Assembly (NCBI GenBank): GCA_023267375.1
Contig: JAHFNJ010000004.1
Coordinates: forward strand, 513 to 64,512
DNA length: 64,000 bases
Direction of reading: 5' to 3'
DNA from: Candidatus Nomurabacteria bacterium
Lineage (GTDB): Bacteria; Patescibacteriota; Minisyncoccia; Phycocordibacterales; UBA9973
Within the stretch, counting starts at the first letter, position 1. The number at the start of each line of letters is the position of its first letter. The position numbers and the translations under genes were made by a program. Of the stretch, positions 39,991 through 50,127 are shown in pieces. The notes beneath the pieces are model-generated. The model was not told the origin of the DNA. It was given only the letters and a program-made list of their open reading frames with translations, and did no database searches.

Positions 39991-41658
39991 CTAAGAATTA
40001 TGGGTTGTGTGTGGCGCATCGGGCTTGATAATATATTTTTCAATATCTTTTATGGTATCCCCTACTTTCTTTTTTGGATTTAAAATAGTTTGCGGATCAA
40101 ATGTTCGCTTCACGTCTTCAAAAAGTGAGTAGATATGTTCTCCGTACATCAGTGGCAAATACGGAGTACGGATAATGCCATCGTTATGCTCTGCTGTAAT
40201 CGAACCATCATACTTCACGACTAAGTTGTACACTTTTTCTGAAATCTCAAGAATCTGCGGCACTGTACGCGGATCATTGAAATCCATGAGTGGAATGATG
40301 TGGAAATTACCATTACCTGCATGTCCAGCAATCGTATAGATGATATTTTTATAGGGGTCGAGAATCGCATTCAATTGCGGCAAAAATTCTGGCAACACGT
40401 TCGGCGGCACAATAATGTCATCAATGAATGGCGCTGTGCGACGGCCTTCGACGTGCTTGCGCAACAGCGCGAACGAATCGCGGCGCATCTGCCAGTACTT
40501 GTTTGCTTCACGGTCATTTTTCGTGATATGTGTCCTGAAACCGAAGTGCGCAATTTTCTTTCGTGCTTCATCGCACGCAAGAGCAACCTCTTGTTCACTC
40601 TCTCCAGAAAATTCAGCGAGTAAAATCAACTTTGGTACACCGCCAGTCAGTATCATGGTAAATTCTGGCATGAATGAAAGCGCGTATTTGAACAATCCCC
40701 AGACGCCTTTCGCTTTTACAAGATCTTTGAAAAACTTCATTGCAAGTTTAAAGGTCTTGTCATCGTATGATTCCAAACTTTCTGGCTTAAGCGGAAGAAT
40801 TTCATCAACAACACTGCCTAGGTGTGTCAGATCATTCATAAATACCACCATAAGCTTTGTAGCTCGATCAACGGGCACTAAAGAAAGTTTAATCTCGGTC
40901 ACAACACCCAGTGTACCTTGAGAACCAACAATCAATTTTGAAAGATCAAACAACTCACCATCATAGATGTCCCAGAGGTCATACCCTGCACTATTTTTTG
41001 AAACTTTTGGTCGTGCTTTCTGGATAGAATCTTGATTCTTATTTATCATTTCGAGCATTTCCCGATACACACTACCTTCAAAATCGGTCTGCGCCACTTT
41101 TGCATAGAGCTCTTTTTTTGTAAGCGGGCGAATGACATTTTCAAAACCATCAGCAAAGACAACCTTGAGTTCCTTCACGAAGTTTCGAGTGGAACCGTAC
41201 TTCAAACTCTTTTCCCCAGAAGAATTGTTCCCCACCATCCCGCCCAGGGCATTGATCGATTTCGATGCAGTATAACAAGGCAAGATAAGCCCATGCTTTA
41301 CTGTTTCAGTTTCAAAATCACGGTAAAACATTCCCGGCTGGACAATCGCTTCTTTTTTTTCTGGCGACAACGAAACAAGCGCATTCATATAGCGCGTAAA
41401 ATCCATAATGATCGAATCATTGATTGCCCCACCAGACATATCGGTACCAGCTGAACGCGCAGTAATAGAAAGAGTTGAGTCATTTTTTTTATTTTCTTTT
41501 ACCCATCGTACAAGTTCTTTTACGTCTTCGGCATTCTTCGGATACACCACGAGCTTCGGCATGATTTCAAAAAGACTCGCATCGTGACTATACGTCTTCA
41601 GCGTTTCTATTGAATCATCTATATCACCCTTGAAAAATTTTTTAATTTGGTCTTTCAT
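39991..41658 (-). CDS. FAD-linked oxidoreductase (GlcD/D-lactate dehydrogenase-like)
   Basis: RSAGTDMSG, GGMVGNNSSG, GSQGTLG, GHAGNGNFH, SITAEHNDG, LNPKK. Confidence 0.88.
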   Translation of the reverse strand: MKDQIKKFFKGDIDDSIETLKTYSHDASLFEIMPKLVVYPKNAEDVKELVRWVKENKKNDSTLSITARSAGTDMSGGAINDSIIMDFTRYMNALVSLSPEKKEAIVQPGMFYRDFETETVKHGLILPCYTASKSINALGGMVGNNSSGEKSLKYGSTRNFVKELKVVFADGFENVIRPLTKKELYAKVAQTDFEGSVYREMLEMINKNQDSIQKARPKVSKNSAGYDLWDIYDGELFDLSKLIVGSQGTLGVVTEIKLSLVPVDRATKLMVVFMNDLTHLGSVVDEILPLKPESLESYDDKTFKLAMKFFKDLVKAKGVWGLFKYALSFMPEFTMILTGGVPKLILLAEFSGESEQEVALACDEARKKIAHFGFRTHITKNDREANKYWQMRRDSFALLRKHVEGRRTAPFIDDIIVPPNVLPEFLPQLNAILDPYKNIIYTIAGHAGNGNFHIIPLMDFNDPRTVPQILEISEKVYNLVVKYDGSITAEHNDGIIRTPYLPLMYGEHIYSLFEDVKRTFDPQTILNPKKKVGDTIKDIEKYIIKPDAPHTTHNS

Positions 41659-41659
41659 T

Positions 41660-41980
41660 TTATTTTTCCCAAAAAATAAGTGCGAGCGCCACTACCCCTA
41701 AAATCATACCAATTATTTGTATTTTATTTACCTCTTCTTTATAAAAACAAACACCAATGAGTAGCGCTACCGCAGCTGAGCACACAGAAAACACGACTAC
41801 ACCTCTCCCCAACCCTGAACCTTCTTTTAAGCTTGAGAGCCAGAACATCGTAGCACACACATAAAAGAGAAGGGCTCCGGCCCAAAAATACCAATGCCCT
41901 TTTAGTGAATACTCTTTTGCAAATATATCAGCAATCAACTCTGCCAAAACAACAAGGGTAATAGGGAGTAACCAAGACAT
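41660..41980 (-). CDS. Small DMT/SMR-like membrane protein
   Basis: 106 aa, 4 TM, Glu in TM1. Confidence 0.65.
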   Translation of the reverse strand: MSWLLPITLVVLAELIADIFAKEYSLKGHWYFWAGALLFYVCATMFWLSSLKEGSGLGRGVVVFSVCSAAVALLIGVCFYKEEVNKIQIIGMILGVVALALIFWEK

Positions 41981-41986
41981 ATATAA

Positions 41987-42856
41987 TCACTTCATTCCGT
42001 TAAATAATTGTAATCGCGCTTCCACTACTGCTTCAATAGCATCTACCGCTGGCTGTAGAATTTTCGCCGGAGTTATTTCAGATGGATTGTCTTTCATCGA
42101 TTTCTCAGTCGCTTCTTTGAACGCCAGTCGTATCTCGCTATTTATATGCACTATGGAAATACCAGCCTTGATTGCATTCGTAAAATCCTCATCACGAAGT
42201 CCAGAGCCCCCATGAAGCACAAGTGGAATTCCGGTGATCTTTCTGATTTCTGCCACCAGTTCTGCATTGATATGCGGCTTGCCAGTCTTGATAAGCCCAT
42301 GAATGCTGCCGACTGAGGGGGCAAATAAATCTACGCCCGTCATTTCCACAAACTTTTGAGCATCTTCAGGTTTTGTTAAGATCCCTGCGCCTTCTGGGAT
42401 ACTGTCTCGCACGATAGATCCAGAACCAATAAACCCGAGTTCAGCTTCGACTAAAATGTCCCTACCTGTCTTTGCTGTCACTTCACGAGCATAATCGACA
42501 CACTGTTTCGTAATTTTCACATTCTCTTCAAAAGGCAATTTTGCTACATCGATAATGACAGAATCATATCCAGCATCAATGCATTTTTTCACTGATTCAA
42601 AACTGCTGTGGTGGTCAGCGTTCAAAAAAATTGGATACTCATCTCGCTCGCGAATTGTTTTAACCAAAGCAACAGCTTCTTCTAAACCGACAAACTTTTC
42701 TTCCCCCTCTGAGAGTCCGATAATCACCGGTACATCTACTTTTTTTGCTGCGTTGTAAATACCATGCAGCGCCTCAAGGTTTGAAATATTAAAATGGCCG
42801 ATAGCAACTCCTTTTGCTTCGGCTTCTTGTATACATTCACGTAACGTTTTTTTCAT
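41987..42856 (-). CDS. fba: Class II fructose-bisphosphate aldolase
   Basis: GHFN, NADH, VEAELG, GSIHG, PLVLHGGSG; start moved to 42856. Confidence 0.9.
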   Translation of the reverse strand: MKKTLRECIQEAEAKGVAIGHFNISNLEALHGIYNAAKKVDVPVIIGLSEGEEKFVGLEEAVALVKTIRERDEYPIFLNADHHSSFESVKKCIDAGYDSVIIDVAKLPFEENVKITKQCVDYAREVTAKTGRDILVEAELGFIGSGSIVRDSIPEGAGILTKPEDAQKFVEMTGVDLFAPSVGSIHGLIKTGKPHINAELVAEIRKITGIPLVLHGGSGLRDEDFTNAIKAGISIVHINSEIRLAFKEATEKSMKDNPSEITPAKILQPAVDAIEAVVEARLQLFNGMK

Positions 42857-42891
42857 AGCTCTAGTATACCAAAATATGCTAAAATAGCCCC

Positions 42892-43890
42892 ATGGAAAAC
42901 AACAAATCTGTGGACATTTTCGCAATCGGTGACGTGGTTATCGATGCTTTTATCAGACTGAAAGATGCTGAAGCAACCTGTGATCTCAATCGCGAACATT
43001 GCAAAATCTCTCTTCGTTTCGGCGATAAAGTTCCGTACGAATCAGTTGAAGTATTGTATGCCGTTGGTAATAGTGCTAATGCAGCCGTATCTGCGTCTCG
43101 ACTTGGACTTTCTGCGGCTCTCTCAGCGTCAGTCGGCAATGACCAAAATGGTAAGGATTGTCTAGAAACACTGAAAGGAAACAACATTATAACCGAGTAT
43201 GTCGAAGTCGACCCAAAACTTCCGACAAATTACCACTACGTGCTCTGGTATGATGTTGAACGGACTATTTTGGTAAAACACGCACCATTTGAACGACACC
43301 TCCCGCAAAATCTCGTCACACCAAAATGGATTTATCTAAGTTCACTTGGAGAAAATACTGAGGACTTTCACCATGAGATTGCAACATGGCTCAAAGCAAA
43401 TACAGAAACGAAACTCGCTTTCCAGCCGGGGACATTTCAAATAAAACTTGGCAAAGAAAAGTTGAAAGATATTTACAGCCTCTCACATATCTTTTTCTGT
43501 AACTTTGAAGAAGCGCAGCGCATTTTAGAAACCAAAGAGGAAGATAAGAAAAAATTGATGGATATGCTCCATGAGCTTGGACCAAAAATTGTGGTAGTTA
43601 CGGATGGTATTTTGGGAGCATATGCACGCGAAGAAGACGGTACGTACTGGTATATGCCTATTTACCCCCACGAACCGTTTGAACGAACAGGTGCAGGCGA
43701 CGCCTTCTCCTCTACCATAATGTCGGCTCTTGCTAAAGGTCTGTCACTCGAAGAAGCACTCTTGTGGGCACCAATCAACGCAATGTCTGTCACGCTTCAA
43801 GTAGGCGCCCAAAAAGGATTGCTGACCGAAACTCAATTGAAAGAATATTTAACTAAAGCACCAGCTGATTACAAACCTAAGAAAATATAA
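42892..43890 (+). CDS. PfkB-family carbohydrate kinase
   Basis: GNSANAAV..SRLG, NFEEA, ERTGAGDAF. Confidence 0.9.
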   Translation: MENNKSVDIFAIGDVVIDAFIRLKDAEATCDLNREHCKISLRFGDKVPYESVEVLYAVGNSANAAVSASRLGLSAALSASVGNDQNGKDCLETLKGNNIITEYVEVDPKLPTNYHYVLWYDVERTILVKHAPFERHLPQNLVTPKWIYLSSLGENTEDFHHEIATWLKANTETKLAFQPGTFQIKLGKEKLKDIYSLSHIFFCNFEEAQRILETKEEDKKKLMDMLHELGPKIVVVTDGILGAYAREEDGTYWYMPIYPHEPFERTGAGDAFSSTIMSALAKGLSLEEALLWAPINAMSVTLQVGAQKGLLTETQLKEYLTKAPADYKPKKI

Positions 43891-43894
43891 CTTT

Positions 43895-44251
43895 ATGATC
43901 GAACGTATAAACCTCTCAGAACAAGAAGAGCGGTACTTGAAGAAAAAAGGAGATGTTTTAAACAAGGAGGAAGATACTATCTTCAAAGAAGCACTTCAAA
44001 AAAACATAAGTAAACGAGAAGAATTGGAATATTTACAGAAAGAATTGCGCGAAAAACTGAATGAAAAAGTGGTGATTGAAGATGCTTTCCAATCACTTAC
44101 CGGAACAAGAAATGTGCGGACGAAAGATACATTCGATTTTATAGATAAGAGCCTTGGAGAGGAATTTGAAAGATTGAAGGCAGACTATGAGGAATGCAAC
44201 TTTCAAATCATCGAACTGAACGAAAAGTTAAAGAAACTAGGCAAAAAATAA
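43895..44251 (+). CDS. Hypothetical coiled-coil protein
   Basis: 118-aa charged helical ORF starting 4 nt after the pfkB-family stop. Confidence 0.6.
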   Translation: MIERINLSEQEERYLKKKGDVLNKEEDTIFKEALQKNISKREELEYLQKELREKLNEKVVIEDAFQSLTGTRNVRTKDTFDFIDKSLGEEFERLKADYEECNFQIIELNEKLKKLGKK

Positions 44252-45250
44252 TTATTTGCGCCGCAACGCTTTCTCGACCGCAGCCTTGATGCTCTTCACT
44301 CCCATTCCATAGTATTCAATGAGCTCTTCAGGCGTTCCTGACTGACCAAATTTATCTTTGACGCCGACGAATTCAATCGGTACTGGGTATTTTTGTACGA
44401 GCACTTCCGCAACCGCACTTCCTAGCCCTCCAGCTATTTGGTGCTCTTCTACGGTAACAATAGCTCGTGTCTCTCGTGCAATTGCCTCAATAAGCTCTGC
44501 ATCAATCGGTTTGATGGTTGAGATGTTCACTACCGCTACTTTTATTCCCTCTTCTTTTTCTAATTCTTTTGCAGCAATAATCGCCTTGTACACGAGTGCA
44601 CCCGTTGCAATAATACCCACCTGTGCCAGACCTGTATCAGGTATATAAACGGTCTGCCCCTTACCTATTTCAAATGGAGTCTCTTCTGTCGTCATAACAG
44701 GGGTCTTCTCGCGCGCCAAACGCAGATATGCCGGCTTTGCGAGCTTTGCGAGCGCCAATGTAGCTTTCCTTGCTTCGATTGCATCACATGGCGAAATAAC
44801 CATCATATTGGGCATGACACGCATAATAGCCATATCTTCTATGGCTTGATGCGTCCCACCGTCAGGGCCAACCGAAACACCAGCGTGGCTTCCCACAATT
44901 TTTACCGGACGATCATTGTACGCAATAGTCGTGCGAATTTGTTCCCAGTTTCTTCCTGGTGAAAACATTGCATATGAAGAAACGAATGGAATCTTCCCCA
45001 TCGCAGCCATTCCAGAAGCAACGGTTACCAAGTTTTGCTCTGCGACACCAATTTCAACAAATCGTTCAGGAAATTTTTCCTTAAACAAATGCATCTGTGT
45101 ACTTTCAGTCAGATCTGCACATAGTGCAACAACATTTGCATCTACTTCGCCGGCTTTCACGAGCCCCTCACCGAATCCTTTGCGGATCGGTACTTGCTCC
45201 ACATCAGGATTGAATAGTTTTGGATTTAATTTTGAGTGAGGATTAAGCAT
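44252..45250 (-). CDS. Transketolase, C-terminal subunit
   Basis: GVAEQN, GPDGGTHQ, VEEHQ..GGLG. Confidence 0.92.
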   Translation of the reverse strand: MLNPHSKLNPKLFNPDVEQVPIRKGFGEGLVKAGEVDANVVALCADLTESTQMHLFKEKFPERFVEIGVAEQNLVTVASGMAAMGKIPFVSSYAMFSPGRNWEQIRTTIAYNDRPVKIVGSHAGVSVGPDGGTHQAIEDMAIMRVMPNMMVISPCDAIEARKATLALAKLAKPAYLRLAREKTPVMTTEETPFEIGKGQTVYIPDTGLAQVGIIATGALVYKAIIAAKELEKEEGIKVAVVNISTIKPIDAELIEAIARETRAIVTVEEHQIAGGLGSAVAEVLVQKYPVPIEFVGVKDKFGQSGTPEELIEYYGMGVKSIKAAVEKALRRK

Positions 45251-45257
45251 AGAGTAA

Positions 45258-45863
45258 TTATAGCGCAATAAGACCCAATGTTACGAAACCCAAACCAACA
45301 GCACATTTTCTTATAAAAGATACGTCAGTTTTTTCTAAAAGTTTTCTGATAGTAACTGTTGCAAAAAGAGCACCAATACCAAGCACTCCGCTATAGAATG
45401 CGATCATCGTAGGATAAGAAAACGGAACACTATCCAACGTTCCTAAAACTAAAGCAGCCGTCCATGATACGACCGAAAGAACTCCTGAAAGAATTATCCA
45501 TGATCCTTGTTTCCCTTGCACACCTATAAAGAGAGTCGCACCGATTCGTCTTTTAATAAACGGTAGATGGTACACGTGAAAAATAATTCCGTTTATGGTA
45601 AGCAATAACACAATACTCATCTTGCTCATAAATTTTACCGAATGGAGGTAGAAATCAGGCTTCGCAAGAAAAAGTCCCACTCCTGAAAAAATAAGGAGTG
45701 CTAGTCCCACCCACACAAATCTACTCAATCGTATTAGTCGACGAAATTCAGTTTGATCAATTACTCCATCTCTAATCGAGCGCATAAAAGTGATATCGCT
45801 CGTATAAGCAGCGCCTGCGCCGATAAATGCTCCCAATATATGTCCAATGATAAAAATATTCAT
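45258..45863 (-). CDS. Hypothetical membrane protein
   Basis: 5-6 TM with His in TM1 and TM3. Confidence 0.7.
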   Translation of the reverse strand: MNIFIIGHILGAFIGAGAAYTSDITFMRSIRDGVIDQTEFRRLIRLSRFVWVGLALLIFSGVGLFLAKPDFYLHSVKFMSKMSIVLLLTINGIIFHVYHLPFIKRRIGATLFIGVQGKQGSWIILSGVLSVVSWTAALVLGTLDSVPFSYPTMIAFYSGVLGIGALFATVTIRKLLEKTDVSFIRKCAVGLGFVTLGLIAL

Positions 45864-45875
45864 AATTATATTATC

Positions 45876-46187
45876 TTAATATGGTAGGAAACCATTCTCT
45901 TCAGCATTTTTAGAATTTTTATAGCCACTATCATCAAAATACTCCTTTAATGTATGGTGATTTATAATAAATACAACGTCAGAAATTGTCAGGAACATCA
46001 ATCTTGATTTGTAACACCTAGAGGAAGTTGCAATTTGGCACGCTCCTTGAGTCCATCCTTCCTTCGCGTAGAAGGGAATTATGGGGAAAAACAATCCTAA
46101 AAGAATCCAGATACTTATTAATACAATAAAAAATTGTACACGTTTTTTTGGTTTTATGCTTTTCGATGCAAATTGAGTATTTTCCAT
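45876..46187 (-). CDS. Hypothetical single-TM protein (FFPIIP...C-x7-C)
   Basis: ORF between the tkt halves; resembles 51070-51225. Confidence 0.6.
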   Translation of the reverse strand: MENTQFASKSIKPKKRVQFFIVLISIWILLGLFFPIIPFYAKEGWTQGACQIATSSRCYKSRLMFLTISDVVFIINHHTLKEYFDDSGYKNSKNAEENGFLPY

Positions 46188-46200
46188 AATTTATAATTAT

Positions 46201-47064
46201 CTACTGATGCTCGCTCTGAATCTTACCACCTAATGTTCGCAGTTCATGGAGCGCCATTTTCGCCTCATCGAGAGACGGCGGCTTACCATGCCAGTGAAAA
46301 TCTCGTTCAAACTCTTTCACGCCTTTGCCGGGAATCGTATGCGCAATAATAACGGTTGGTTTCTCAAAAATAGCTTTCGCTTGATTAAAAGCTTGTGAAA
46401 GCGCTCGAAAATCATGACCATCAACTTCAATCACATGCCAATTGAAGGCCCGCCATTTTTCTGCAAGATCATCAAGCGGCATAATATCTTCTGTATAGCC
46501 ATCGATCTGAATATTATTGCGATCAACTATTGCAATTAGGTTATGGATTTTTTCTTTTGCTGCGAGCATGATCGCTTCCCAGCTATTGCCTTCATCAAGT
46601 TCACCATCAGACATGAGACAATAGACGAAACGATCTACCCCATTGCCGCCATCCATTCGATCAGCAATAGCCATCCCAACAGCCTGCGACAACCCAGCTC
46701 CAAGTGGACCAGAACTTGTTTCAAGCCATGGCATAAACTCACGATGTGGATGTCCCTGGAGTCGTGAACCGAACTTACGGAGGGTTTGCAGCTCTTCAAG
46801 CGGAAAATACCCAGCATGTGCCATAGTTGCATAATAGACGGGACAAATATGACCATTCGAAAGAACAAGGCGGTCACGCTCCGGCCAATCTGGAATTTGC
46901 GGATCATGTTTCAAAACATCAAAGAAAAGAATGGTAAAAATATCCGCCATACCAAGAGGACCCGCAGTATGGCCACTCCCTGCTTCAACAAGCATTTCGA
47001 TGATTGATTCACGAATATTATTTGCTACTGTTTCCAGATTTTTTATTTTTGTGTCGGTCAACAT
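46201..47064 (-). CDS. Transketolase, N-terminal (TPP-binding) subunit
   Basis: SGH, RDRLVLSNGH, LQGHP, SDGELDEG..NN. Confidence 0.93.
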   Translation of the reverse strand: MLTDTKIKNLETVANNIRESIIEMLVEAGSGHTAGPLGMADIFTILFFDVLKHDPQIPDWPERDRLVLSNGHICPVYYATMAHAGYFPLEELQTLRKFGSRLQGHPHREFMPWLETSSGPLGAGLSQAVGMAIADRMDGGNGVDRFVYCLMSDGELDEGNSWEAIMLAAKEKIHNLIAIVDRNNIQIDGYTEDIMPLDDLAEKWRAFNWHVIEVDGHDFRALSQAFNQAKAIFEKPTVIIAHTIPGKGVKEFERDFHWHGKPPSLDEAKMALHELRTLGGKIQSEHQ

Positions 47065-47069
47065 CGTTT

Positions 47070-48794
47070 CTATTTTAACATAATTCTAGCTATTCGTATG
47101 TCATCATAGGAATACTTTCCATCAAAATTTTCAAAAACCGGAGTCAGTTTATCTGTATCTAATTTTTTAAAAGCTTTTTGGATTACTGGCACCGCTTTTG
47201 AAAGCTTGGTATCAAGCAAGCGAGAGAGTGATGCTTTTGTTATCTTCCCTTTTTCAACCAATTCTTCAACGTGTCCAAAGATAGTCGCCTCTGTTAACTT
47301 TCTTGCTTTAGCAATTTCAGAGACTGTTTTTCCTTCATTCCAGAGAATGAGCGTTTCTTCTTTTGTGTCGCTTTTCTTCTTTTTGCTGCTTTCTTCCACA
47401 GAAAGAATACGCGTAACGGGTTTAACTTTACCGCCACAGGCAATGATGAAGTTCTTGTGCATGCGTTCAAGATCACTAGGAGAAATCTTTCCAAATACTT
47501 CTTCTGCTTCTTCTGACTGTATATGAAACTGCTCATCTTTAGCGAGCACATCGGGATGTACCTGGAAAGTTCGTTCGTTCCAGCCCAGGATATACAATCC
47601 CGAGAGCCGCCGTACGCGCGAAAGCGCCACATACCCCTGCCCAAATTCAAATACCTGCGACAAATCCATGATAGCTGCATCCATACTCATTCCTTGGCTT
47701 TTATGCACAGTAATAGCCCACGCTAAACGGAGCGGTGTCTGAGATATACGAGCTTTAATCTTACCGTTTTCTTCTACGGTCCAATCCATTGGTTCGACAA
47801 TGATTTCTCGACCGCTTCGTGTTTTTACAATAGGATAATTACTTCCCGGGGCAAACCCGATAACGGTACCAAGTGTCCCATTCACAAATCCTTCCTTTGG
47901 ACTATTTTTGGTAAACATGACTGACGCGCCGACCTTAAGGGCAAGTATTTCTGGCGAGAGACAACTTTTTTTAAGCGTTGCGATTAGCATTTCGTTCCCC
48001 TCTCCAGACATCTGAAAAACCTTCTGATCGTTTTTTATTTTCGAGAGCTCATCCGTATTTACTCGATCCACATCGATGTTGTGTGAAAAAAGTTTCGGAA
48101 TCCCAACAGGCGCTCCACTGTGTATATTTTTTCTTTTTTCAAGGTGAGATAAATGCTCAGTGCTAAACGTATTCTGTCGAATCGCAGAAAGAAGGGAAAG
48201 AAAGATCTGGTCATCCTGACGATACTGTTCAGAAAGATAGCAAACAAGCGGTTTTGCTCGACTCCACGCAGCTGACTGATAGGCAAAGAGTAGCGGTTTC
48301 TCTTCATCGGTAAAAAGCGTCTGATCATCGTCATTCCTATTCTCGGGAGCAGTTTTTACGATTGGCGGCAACTGAAAGAAGTCACCGACAAAGACCACCT
48401 GGAGCCCACCAAAGGCTTCAGCACTCTGCCGCACCTCGCGACATACCGCATCTACCATTTCCAATGTACCTTGGTGGAGCATTGAAACCTCATCAATGAT
48501 AAGCACTCTGGCACGCCCTACACGTCGAGCAATGTATTCAGTGGAAGCGATCTTGTCGAGCGTATAGTGATCGAGATTTGTTTTAATCCCAATACCACTC
48601 CACGAATGGATCGTCATGCCACCTAAATGAGTCGCGGCAATACCGGTCGAGGCCGTAATAGCAACTTCAATATCACGTTCACGTAAATAACGTACATATT
48701 CGTTGATAGTGTGTGTTTTACCAGCACCAGGTTCACCGGTCAGGAATACATTTACGCCCGTTTTTAAAATAGAAAGCGCGAGAGCTTGCGTCAT
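47070..48794 (-). CDS. Pif1-family helicase with C-terminal HTH
   Basis: GEPGAGKT, DEVSM, GDFFQLPP, LAWAITVHKSQGMS, GQGYVALSR. Confidence 0.92.
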   Translation of the reverse strand: MTQALALSILKTGVNVFLTGEPGAGKTHTINEYVRYLRERDIEVAITASTGIAATHLGGMTIHSWSGIGIKTNLDHYTLDKIASTEYIARRVGRARVLIIDEVSMLHQGTLEMVDAVCREVRQSAEAFGGLQVVFVGDFFQLPPIVKTAPENRNDDDQTLFTDEEKPLLFAYQSAAWSRAKPLVCYLSEQYRQDDQIFLSLLSAIRQNTFSTEHLSHLEKRKNIHSGAPVGIPKLFSHNIDVDRVNTDELSKIKNDQKVFQMSGEGNEMLIATLKKSCLSPEILALKVGASVMFTKNSPKEGFVNGTLGTVIGFAPGSNYPIVKTRSGREIIVEPMDWTVEENGKIKARISQTPLRLAWAITVHKSQGMSMDAAIMDLSQVFEFGQGYVALSRVRRLSGLYILGWNERTFQVHPDVLAKDEQFHIQSEEAEEVFGKISPSDLERMHKNFIIACGGKVKPVTRILSVEESSKKKKSDTKEETLILWNEGKTVSEIAKARKLTEATIFGHVEELVEKGKITKASLSRLLDTKLSKAVPVIQKAFKKLDTDKLTPVFENFDGKYSYDDIRIARIMLK

Positions 48795-48833
48795 GGCAAA
48801 AGTATACCATGCGTCTACATTCCAAATATTAAG

Positions 48834-48986
48834 TTATATGGCAAAACCTAAGTGAAAGATCTGACCCTCGAGACAATGATTGCTCGTGAAAAGGCGACAA
48901 TTATAGTTGCCTGTTTTCCAAATACCAAATAAACCAATCCAGTGGAGGAAGATAAGAAGTATGAGGATACCAATGATTGTACGCAT
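48834..48986 (-). CDS. Small single-TM protein, 50 aa (MRTIIGILILLIFLHWIGLFGIWKTGNYNCRLFTSNHCLEGQIFHLGFAI)
   Basis: Translated by hand. ATG is 4 nt after the rpe stop; TM plus C-x7-C. Confidence 0.55.
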   Translation of the reverse strand: MRTIIGILILLIFLHWIGLFGIWKTGNYNCRLFTSNHCLEGQIFHLGFAI

Positions 48987-48990
48987 AAGA

Positions 48991-49683
48991 TTATTCTACC
49001 AAACTTTCAAACTGTCGCAATGTCTCTCGAATATCTGTGGATGTAAAAATTGCTGAACCAACCGCAAGCCGATCGGCACCAGCATCGATCAAAAGCGGTG
49101 CGGTATTCAAATTGACTGATCCATCAACGCTAATGACAAGTTCAGGGAATTTTTCTCGAAGTGTTCTGATATGATCGAGCACGGTCTCGTCAAACGGCTC
49201 TGCTTGGCGCCCAATCTGTGCGATACCCATGCACTGCACAAAATCAACTTTTGAGACAAATGGGAAAAGCGATTCAATAGGAGTGGTTGTGTTTATAGCA
49301 AGTCCCATTTCAATATTTTCCCGCACATACAGATCAATCCCTTCTAAGAATTGCAAAAAGGCTTCGTGGTCTGGCATCGCTTCTAGGTGAAATATAATTC
49401 GCTTAGGACCCATGCGTACATACGTATCAAATTCATCGACAGCATTTGCAACCATTAAATCGAGTTCGAAATCAATGTCTTCCCAAAACGGCAACCCTTC
49501 GCGTTCATTCAAAATATTGTCGAGACTGCGTTCATCGCCATCATGGAATGGCCAGGTAACCATTTTTACAAATTGTCCATCACAAAGATCAATCTGCGTG
49601 AACGAAACCAGCCCTCGCACAAGCGAGATTTTATTCTTCAAATCTTCATAACTTTTTGGCATGATTGCCGGAATAATTTCCAT
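48991..49683 (-). CDS. rpe: Ribulose-phosphate 3-epimerase
   Basis: IIPAI, QIDLCDGQFV, DLMV, SVDGSVN, AVGSAIF. Confidence 0.88.
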   Translation of the reverse strand: MEIIPAIMPKSYEDLKNKISLVRGLVSFTQIDLCDGQFVKMVTWPFHDGDERSLDNILNEREGLPFWEDIDFELDLMVANAVDEFDTYVRMGPKRIIFHLEAMPDHEAFLQFLEGIDLYVRENIEMGLAINTTTPIESLFPFVSKVDFVQCMGIAQIGRQAEPFDETVLDHIRTLREKFPELVISVDGSVNLNTAPLLIDAGADRLAVGSAIFTSTDIRETLRQFESLVE

Positions 49684-49685
49684 AA

Positions 49686-50123
49686 TTAAAATTTATTTAT
49701 TCTTCGCACATGCCGTTCGTCATTTGTAAATGGTGTTTCCAAAAAGAGCGCTAGCGCTTCTTTTGCTTCATCATCTGAAAGAAATCGTCCACCAAGAGAA
49801 AGGATGTTCGCATTATTATGTTCGCGCGCAAGCTTCACGATATCAATACTTTTACCGTAATAGAGCGCTGCACGCGCACCCTTTACTCTGTTTGCGCAAA
49901 TTGCCTCACCTTGTCCTGAGCCACCTAAAACGACCCCAAAACTTCCCTCTTCCTTGGCAACTGCTTCTGCCACGGGCGTTATAAAATCTGGATAGTCATC
50001 GTTCGCATCATAAGAATATGCGCCCTTATCTTCTACCGCATGACCAAGACCACTCAAATATGTTTTGAGTTTCTCTTTGAGTTCATAGCCTGCATGGTCG
50101 GAGCCAATGTAAATTTTTTTCAT
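49686..50123 (-). CDS. rpiB: Ribose-5-phosphate isomerase B
   Basis: GSDHAG, DYPD, GGSGQGE..ANR, AREHNNANILSLGGR, RHVRR. Confidence 0.93.
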   Translation of the reverse strand: MKKIYIGSDHAGYELKEKLKTYLSGLGHAVEDKGAYSYDANDDYPDFITPVAEAVAKEEGSFGVVLGGSGQGEAICANRVKGARAALYYGKSIDIVKLAREHNNANILSLGGRFLSDDEAKEALALFLETPFTNDERHVRRINKF

Positions 50124-50127
50124 ATTT

